Positions 58,625-64,000 of a DNA stretch of 64,000 nucleotides are shown here, one piece after another (position 1 is the stretch's first letter; every line of letters starts with the position of its first letter). The DNA is taken from contig CAWFXE010000001.1 of assembly GCA_963819715.1 (NCBI GenBank), forward strand, positions 196,332 to 260,331. The letters run 5' to 3'. Under the pieces are notes generated by a model. The model was not told where the DNA came from. It ran no database searches and saw nothing but the letters and a program-made list of their open reading frames with translations. The position numbers and the translations under genes are program-made. The DNA comes from an uncultured Solirubrobacterales bacterium (GTDB lineage Bacteria > Actinomycetota > Thermoleophilia > Solirubrobacterales > 70-9).

Positions 58625-58677
58625 TGAACTGGTTAGTACTGATCAAGGCCCGGAAGGCTAGCCGCCACGCCGCTCGG
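58625..58677. repeat. efp 5' junction, copy C (orphan stub LISTNQFSTG...)
   Basis: The minus strand reads CTAGCCTTCC-N5-TTGATCAGTACTAACCAGTTCAGTACCGGA. The homologous efp sequence is GTGATCAGTACGAACCAATTCAAGAACGGC. Confidence 0.6.
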
Positions 58678-58851
58678 CGACCGCTTCCACCCAAAGGGCG
58701 CGGCGGGCGCCGCCCCTCAGAGTGGGAGCCGGTACCGGCTGGGCTGAAAGGCGCTGACCCGTCGCTGCTCCTTTGCGCGACAACCGGCACTGCCAGGCCT
58801 CGCCACTGGAATGGATCCGAAGCAGTTTGGATAAGTAGGCTGGCTCGACTC

Positions 58852-59258
58852 ATGTCGCTTGAGTCGAACAAGGACGTCGTGCGACGGTTCTACGCGGAGG
58901 TCATCAACGACCGAGACCTCGACGCGGTCGATCGGTTGCCGAGCGAGGACTTCACCACAATGGCGAGCGACGCGGCCGCCCAGGGCAGCGCCAGGCGGTG
59001 GAGGCATTCCTGCGGGGCTTCCCTTACCTGCAGAACGAGATCGCTTTCATGATCGCCGCGGGAGACCTGGTCGCGGCCCACCAGGAATGGCGCGGCACGC
59101 ACGGCGGCGAGTTCCTCGGCCTCGACCCGACGGGCAAGGTGGTCACCTTCACCTCCACCGCCGTGCTGCGCATCCGCGAAGGGACGATCTCCGAGGCCTG
59201 GGACGAGGTCGACATGCTTGCGGTGTTCCAGCAGGTCGGGGCACTTCCTGGCCACTAG
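58852..59258 (+). pseudogene. SnoaL-like ester cyclase, frameshifted near 58990
   Basis: MSLESNKDVVRRFYAEVINDRDLDAVDRL... is in the frame of ORF 58606..59052. The C-terminal part VEAFLRGFPYLQNEIAFMIAAGDLVAAHQEWRGTHGGEFLGLDPTGK... is in ORF 58998..59258. Confidence 0.6.
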
Positions 59259-59369
59259 AGCAGGTGGCGGCCTCCAAATCGCCGCCGCTTCGCGCGAAGG
59301 CGGTTGCGATCGAGGCCACCGCTGCGATCGAGCCAACCGGGACGGTTTGAATAGGGTGGGCCACCGCCG

Positions 59370-60311
59370 ATGACGGTGCCCAAGGCAATCGAGGTTCGCG
59401 GTCTGATCAAGCGCTATGGCAGCTTTCAGGCGCTGCACGGGCTCGACTTCGAGGTGGCCCCCGGAGAGGCGTTCGGCTTCATTGGCCCGAACGGCGCAGG
59501 CAAAACGACCTTGATCCGGACGATGCTCGACCTGCTGCACCCGACCGCCGGCTCGATCACGATCCTCGGCTTCGACTCCCATCGCCAGGCGCGAAGCGTC
59601 CATCAGCAGGTCGGTTACGTTCCGGGGGACCTCGATCTGTGGGAGAGGCTGACCGCGCGGCAGACGCTCAAGTTCCTCGCCGGCATGCGTGGAGGCCGCG
59701 GGACGAGCCGGATCGAGCCGCTGGCCGAGCGGCTGAAGCTCGAGCTCGAACGCGAGGTGCGGGACCTCTCGAAGGGCAACCGGGAGAAGGTGGGCCTGAT
59801 CCAGGCCTTCATGCACGATCCCGAGCTGATCGTGCTCGACGAGCCGACCAGCGGCCTGGACCCGCTCGTCCAGCACGAGGTATTCGAGATGATCGACGAG
59901 GCAAAAGGGCGGGGTCGGACGATCTTCTTCAGCTCCCACTACCTGAATGAGGTCGAACGGATTGCCGACCGCGTGGCGCTGATCCGGGACGGCGAGATCA
60001 TCGCCCTCGACACGATCACCCACCTCAAGGAGAGAGCTCGGCGGCGGGTCGAGATCACCTTCAGCCGGCCTGTGGACGCCACGGCACTCAGCGGGATCTC
60101 AGGGGTTGACGATGTGCGTATCTCGGGCGCGCACGCGCGCCTCGCCATCTCGGGGCCCATGGGGGAGCTGATCAAAGCCCTCGCGGCGCTGCCCGTCGAG
60201 ATCGTCTCGACCCCCGACCCGGACCTGGAGGAGGTCTTCCTCGGCCTCTACGGCGCCGAGGGTGAGCGATCCGAGGCCCGAAGCGACGCGCAGGACCGCG
60301 ATGCTCACTAG
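59370..60311 (+). CDS. ABC transporter ATP-binding protein
   Basis: ORF of 313 aa with GPNGAGKTT, LSKGNREKV and LDEPTSGLD. Confidence 0.9.
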   Translation: MTVPKAIEVRGLIKRYGSFQALHGLDFEVAPGEAFGFIGPNGAGKTTLIRTMLDLLHPTAGSITILGFDSHRQARSVHQQVGYVPGDLDLWERLTARQTLKFLAGMRGGRGTSRIEPLAERLKLELEREVRDLSKGNREKVGLIQAFMHDPELIVLDEPTSGLDPLVQHEVFEMIDEAKGRGRTIFFSSHYLNEVERIADRVALIRDGEIIALDTITHLKERARRRVEITFSRPVDATALSGISGVDDVRISGAHARLAISGPMGELIKALAALPVEIVSTPDPDLEEVFLGLYGAEGERSEARSDAQDRDAH

Positions 60312-61107
60312 CGTTCTCGGCAAGACGCTGTTCGAGCAGCGCCGGGCCATGCTGGGATGGGGAATCGGGACCCTGGCCCTGGTGCTCGTGATCTTCGCCT
60401 ACTACCCCTCGGTCCGCGACAACGCGACCCTCTCGGACTTCTACAAGAACCTGCCGCCGGCGGTGCGGGCGCTCTCCGGAGGGGGCGCGGGGATCGACGT
60501 CACCTCCCCGGCCGGCTATCTGAACTCGCAGATGTTCTCAAACGTGGTTCCGATTCTGTTCATCATCTACGCGGTCATCCTGGGCTCGGGCGCAATCGGT
60601 CGCGAGGAGGACCGTGGAACAGCCGAGCTGCTGCTGAGCACTCCGGTCTCTCGGCGTCGGGTGATCTTCGAAAAGGCAGTGGCCGGCGCGGCGCTCCTGG
60701 TGGCGCTCGGTGTGGCGCTGGTCGTCGCTCTCCTCCTCGGGAGAAAGCTCGTCGGGATGGACATCGCCATCGAAGGGCTGATTGCGGCAGCAGTCGCAGC
60801 CGTCTTCCTCGGCGCGATCTTCGCCGCGACCGCGTTGGCGATCACCGCCGCTCTCGGTCGTCGAGGCCACGCCGGAGCTTGGGCCGGCAGCCTCGCCGTT
60901 GCCAGCTTCATGATCTATTCGCTCGCCCCCGTCGTGCCGAGCCTGAACGAGTGGCAGAAGGCCTCTCCCTTCTACTGGTATCAGGGATCGGATCCGCTGA
61001 GCAATGGCTTCGATGTCGGGCATCTCGCCGTGTTGTTGGCCGCCAGCGTCATCCTGACCATGGCCTCGGCGGTGCTCTTCGAACGCCGCGACGTCTACGT
61101 CGCCTGA
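60301..61107 (+). CDS. ABC-2 type transporter permease
   Basis: The ATG at 60301 overlaps the end of the ATPase gene. The protein is polytopic. Confidence 0.75.
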   Translation: MLTSVLGKTLFEQRRAMLGWGIGTLALVLVIFAYYPSVRDNATLSDFYKNLPPAVRALSGGGAGIDVTSPAGYLNSQMFSNVVPILFIIYAVILGSGAIGREEDRGTAELLLSTPVSRRRVIFEKAVAGAALLVALGVALVVALLLGRKLVGMDIAIEGLIAAAVAAVFLGAIFAATALAITAALGRRGHAGAWAGSLAVASFMIYSLAPVVPSLNEWQKASPFYWYQGSDPLSNGFDVGHLAVLLAASVILTMASAVLFERRDVYVA

Positions 61108-61109
61108 GC

Positions 61110-62300
61110 ATGGAGTCCGCGGCGCCGACGCGGAGGACGCGCCTGGGAGCGGCGTTCCGCCAGGGGGACCGGGTGATGCCTCTCGAGCTCTTCTTCGACC
61201 TCGTCTTCGTCCTGGCGATCACCCAGTGCACGAGCCTGATGTCGCACGAGCCCACCTGGACGGGTCTCGGGCGCGGTGTGCTGATCCTGGCGCTGCTCTG
61301 GTGGTCGTGGGTCGGCTACGCCTGGGTGACCAGCGTCCTCGACCCCGAGGAGGGCGCCGTGCGAATCGTCCTCTTCGCGGCCATGGCCTCGTTCCTGATC
61401 GCCGCCATCTGCGAGCCGGAGGCATTCGACGGCCTCGCGGTTGAGTTCGCCGTCGCCTACGGCGCCGTTCGCGCGGCCCACATCGCGCTCTTCATGCTCG
61501 CGAGCCGCGACGATCCGGGGCTCCGCCGGTCCACGATCGGCCTCGGCGCAGGCGCGGCGGTCGGGGTGAGCCTCCTGATCGTGGGCGCCCTGCTCGATCC
61601 CGGCCCGCGGGCCGCCGTCTGGGCACTGGCCCTTGTGCTGGACATGGGCGAGCCCTATCTGTTCGGGTCGGAGGGCTGGCACCTCGTGCCGGGCCACTTC
61701 GCCGAGCGGCACGGGCTGATCGTGATCATCGCCCTCGGCGAGTCGATCGTCGCGATCGGCGTCGGGGCAGGCTCCGAGATGACCTGGGGCATCGCGGCCG
61801 CGGCCGCTCTCGGAATCGCGATCGCGGCCGCGCTGTGGTGGCTGTACTTCGATGTCGTCGCCCTGGTGTCGGCCCGGCGGCTGGCGGACGCCCCCGAGGG
61901 CAAGGTGCGGAACGAGCTCGCCCGGGACTCCTACTCCTACATCCACTTCGCCCTGGTGGCCGGCATCGTCCTCGCCGCGCTCGGCCTGAAGAAGACCCTC
62001 GGGCACGTCGACGACGAGCTGGACGTCGTGCCGGCGTTCGCGTTGCTCGCGGGGGTGGCTCTGTACCTGCTTGGCCTGGTCGCCTTCCGCTACCGCCACG
62101 TCAGGACCGTCAACTGGCGCCGGCTCGCATTGGCCGTGGTGCTCGTCGCCCTCCTTCCGGCGGCCACGGCCCTCCCCGCGCTCGCGACGATCGCGATCGT
62201 CGCGAGCCTGCTTTGGATCGTGGTGGCGATCGAGACCCGCGGCTACGGGGAGGGGCGCGCCGAGATCCGCCACGGCGAGGCCTTTCCCGCCGCCCGCTGA
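61110..62300 (+). CDS. LtrA-family (low temperature requirement A-like) membrane protein
   Basis: The ATG at 61110 lies within ORF 60357..62300. PLELFFDLVFVLAIT and LWWSWVGYAW are present. Confidence 0.7.
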   Translation: MESAAPTRRTRLGAAFRQGDRVMPLELFFDLVFVLAITQCTSLMSHEPTWTGLGRGVLILALLWWSWVGYAWVTSVLDPEEGAVRIVLFAAMASFLIAAICEPEAFDGLAVEFAVAYGAVRAAHIALFMLASRDDPGLRRSTIGLGAGAAVGVSLLIVGALLDPGPRAAVWALALVLDMGEPYLFGSEGWHLVPGHFAERHGLIVIIALGESIVAIGVGAGSEMTWGIAAAAALGIAIAAALWWLYFDVVALVSARRLADAPEGKVRNELARDSYSYIHFALVAGIVLAALGLKKTLGHVDDELDVVPAFALLAGVALYLLGLVAFRYRHVRTVNWRRLALAVVLVALLPAATALPALATIAIVASLLWIVVAIETRGYGEGRAEIRHGEAFPAAR

Positions 62301-62361
62301 TCCGGGGAACTGCGACCGGTGTGAACGCGTTGTGATTTAGTGATCGGCCGTGTACCGAAAA

Positions 62362-64000
62362 ATGGGGATAGGGAGCTTTCTGGTGGTCGCGCTTGCCGCA
62401 CTCGCGTTTGCGGGCAGCGCCTCGGCTGCCAGCTTCGACGCCCGCGGCAGCACCGAGCAGGTGGACGTCACCGGCCTGACCCCGAACGCCGCGGTCTCCC
62501 TCCTCGATTCCTCCGACAACGTCGTCCAGACGAGGAACGCCAATTCCCGCGGCGGGGCGCTCTTCCGCGACGTCAGCCCCGGCGCCGGCTACACGGTGCA
62601 GTCCGGCGCGGAGACCTCGGACCCGCTGACGGTGACGCAGGACCCGATCAAGGCGGGTACATCGGCAGCGCCTCCCGATCCCTCCATCTACGACCAGACG
62701 CTTCTCACCCACGGCTACGGCTACATGACGATGCGCGACGGCACGAAGCTCGCCTATGACGTCCACCCTCCCACGGATGTCGCGAGTTCCCTTCCACTCC
62801 CTTCCGCTCTGGCCGACGCGATCACCGCAGCCGCGCCGCCGCCGAGCTCACTGACTCCGTCGCCCACCCTGGTCGAGTACTCCGGCTACGGCTACGCGAA
62901 TCCGGCCGGCCCGGTCAGCGGCATCGAGGCTCTCGCCAACCTGATGGGCTTCACGGTCGTCGACGTCAACATGCGAGGCACGGGCTGCTCCGGCGGTGCA
63001 TTCGACTTCTTCGAGCCGCTGCAGAACCTCGACGGCTACGACGTGGTCGAGACGGTCGCCCACCAGCCCTGGGTCGCCCACAACAAGGTCGGGATGCTCG
63101 GCATCTCCTACGGGGGCATCAGCCAGCTCTTCACGGCCCAGACCCAGCCGCCGGACCTGGCCGCGATCTCACCGCTGTCGGTGATCGACCAGACCCAGAC
63201 AACCCTGTATCCCGGCGGAGTCCTCAACACCGGCTTCGCCGTCGACTGGGCCGAGGAGCGCCAGGACCAGGCCAAGGCGGCTGATCCGAGCGACCCGGAC
63301 AACGGGGCACAGCCGTACGCGGTCCAGCGAATCGCCGGCGGGGACACAACCTGTCAGGCGAACCAGGACCTGCATCCCGAAGCCACCGACCTGCTGGCGA
63401 AGATCCGGGCGAACGATCACTACGTGCCCGAGGTCGCCGATCCGCTCTCCCCCACGACCTTCGTCAACAAAATCAACGTCCCGACCTTCATGGCGTGCCA
63501 GTGGACGGACGAGCAGACGGGCGGCCACTGCCCAACGCTTGCCGAGCACATGTCAGGGACCGACAAGAAGTGGTTCACCTACACGAACGGGGTCCACACC
63601 GACTCGCTCGATCCCGAGACGTACAACCGCCTCTATGACTTCCTGTCGATCTACGTCGCCCAGCAGGCTCCGGGGGCGAACCTCTTCGAGCCGATCGTCC
63701 AGGCGAGCTGGCCGATTGCGATGCAGTCGATCTGGGGGATCCAGGGCCCCGGCGGACTGCCGCCCGTGGCCACCCTCCCATCTGACCCGATTCAGACACA
63801 GCTGACGCTGGGGGGAGCACAGTCGGCATTCGAAGCCCTGCCGTCGGTTCGCGTCCTCTTCGACAACGGCGCAGGGAACCCATCGAACCCGGGATGGCCT
63901 TATCCGGCGTTCGAGCAGTCTTTCTCCAGCTTCCCGATCCCCGGCAACCAGGCCCGCTCCTGGTACCTCGGAGCCGGCGGTGCGCTCGCCGACCAGTCCC
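62362..64000 (+). CDS. CocE/NonD-family (S15 X-Pro dipeptidyl-peptidase-like) hydrolase, partial (runs off window)
   Basis: Manual translation from the ATG at 62362 gives MGIGSFLVVALAALAFAGSASA (signal peptide). It continues ...YMTMRDGTKLAYDV...NMRGTGCSGG...GISYGG. The ORF is absent from the track because it has no stop within the window. Confidence 0.7.
   Translation, partial: MGIGSFLVVALAALAFAGSASAASFDARGSTEQVDVTGLTPNAAVSLLDSSDNVVQTRNANSRGGALFRDVSPGAGYTVQSGAETSDPLTVTQDPIKAGTSAAPPDPSIYDQTLLTHGYGYMTMRDGTKLAYDVHPPTDVASSLPLPSALADAITAAAPPPSSLTPSPTLVEYSGYGYANPAGPVSGIEALANLMGFTVVDVNMRGTGCSGGAFDFFEPLQNLDGYDVVETVAHQPWVAHNKVGMLGISYGGISQLFTAQTQPPDLAAISPLSVIDQTQTTLYPGGVLNTGFAVDWAEERQDQAKAADPSDPDNGAQPYAVQRIAGGDTTCQANQDLHPEATDLLAKIRANDHYVPEVADPLSPTTFVNKINVPTFMACQWTDEQTGGHCPTLAEHMSGTDKKWFTYTNGVHTDSLDPETYNRLYDFLSIYVAQQAPGANLFEPIVQASWPIAMQSIWGIQGPGGLPPVATLPSDPIQTQLTLGGAQSAFEALPSVRVLFDNGAGNPSNPGWPYPAFEQSFSSFPIPGNQARSWYLGAGGALADQS

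Overview
High-GC (about 70%), gene-dense bacterial chromosome. It is probably Actinomycetota, judging from the synteny tlyA-nadK-recN-steA-pyrG-NUDIX-xerD, dgt-dnaG and nusB-efp; the taxon cannot be confirmed without a search. Housekeeping genes read as single intact ORFs: dnaG, recO, mutM, xerD, pyrG, recN, nadK, tlyA, dxs, a polyprenyl synthase, xseB, nusB and efp. Four accessory segments interrupt this backbone. (1) 1-3202 is the remnant of an integrated element. It carries a frameshifted DnaB-N/AAA helicase gene with an iteron cluster and ends at a tRNA(CAT) 5' half. That half-tRNA is fused to about 0.9 kb of ORF-free DNA with a strong G>>C skew. (2) 28863-31765 is a lower-GC element bounded by 35-bp inverted repeats. 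It carries an IS1595-family transposase, a ClpP-fold protease-like gene and a protein with an RNAFEH (HEPN-like Rx4H) motif. (3) 32199-42372 is a 10.2-kb integrative element bounded by a perfect 54-bp direct repeat lying in a terminator hairpin. It encodes an integrase, HicAB, an iteron-bearing HTH replication gene and a P27-type small terminase, but no virion genes, so it resembles a phage satellite (PICI-like). Its late genes are full of frameshifts, while int, hicAB and a three-gene cargo block of unknown function are intact. (4) 54.5-58.7 kb holds three copies of the efp 5' junction, which separate two small gene modules. The strongest candidates for something new are the ClpP-like/HEPN-like passenger pair, the satellite cargo trio, and the half-tRNA with its skewed tract. 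All calls come from reading the sequence and ORF translations by eye. No searches were run.
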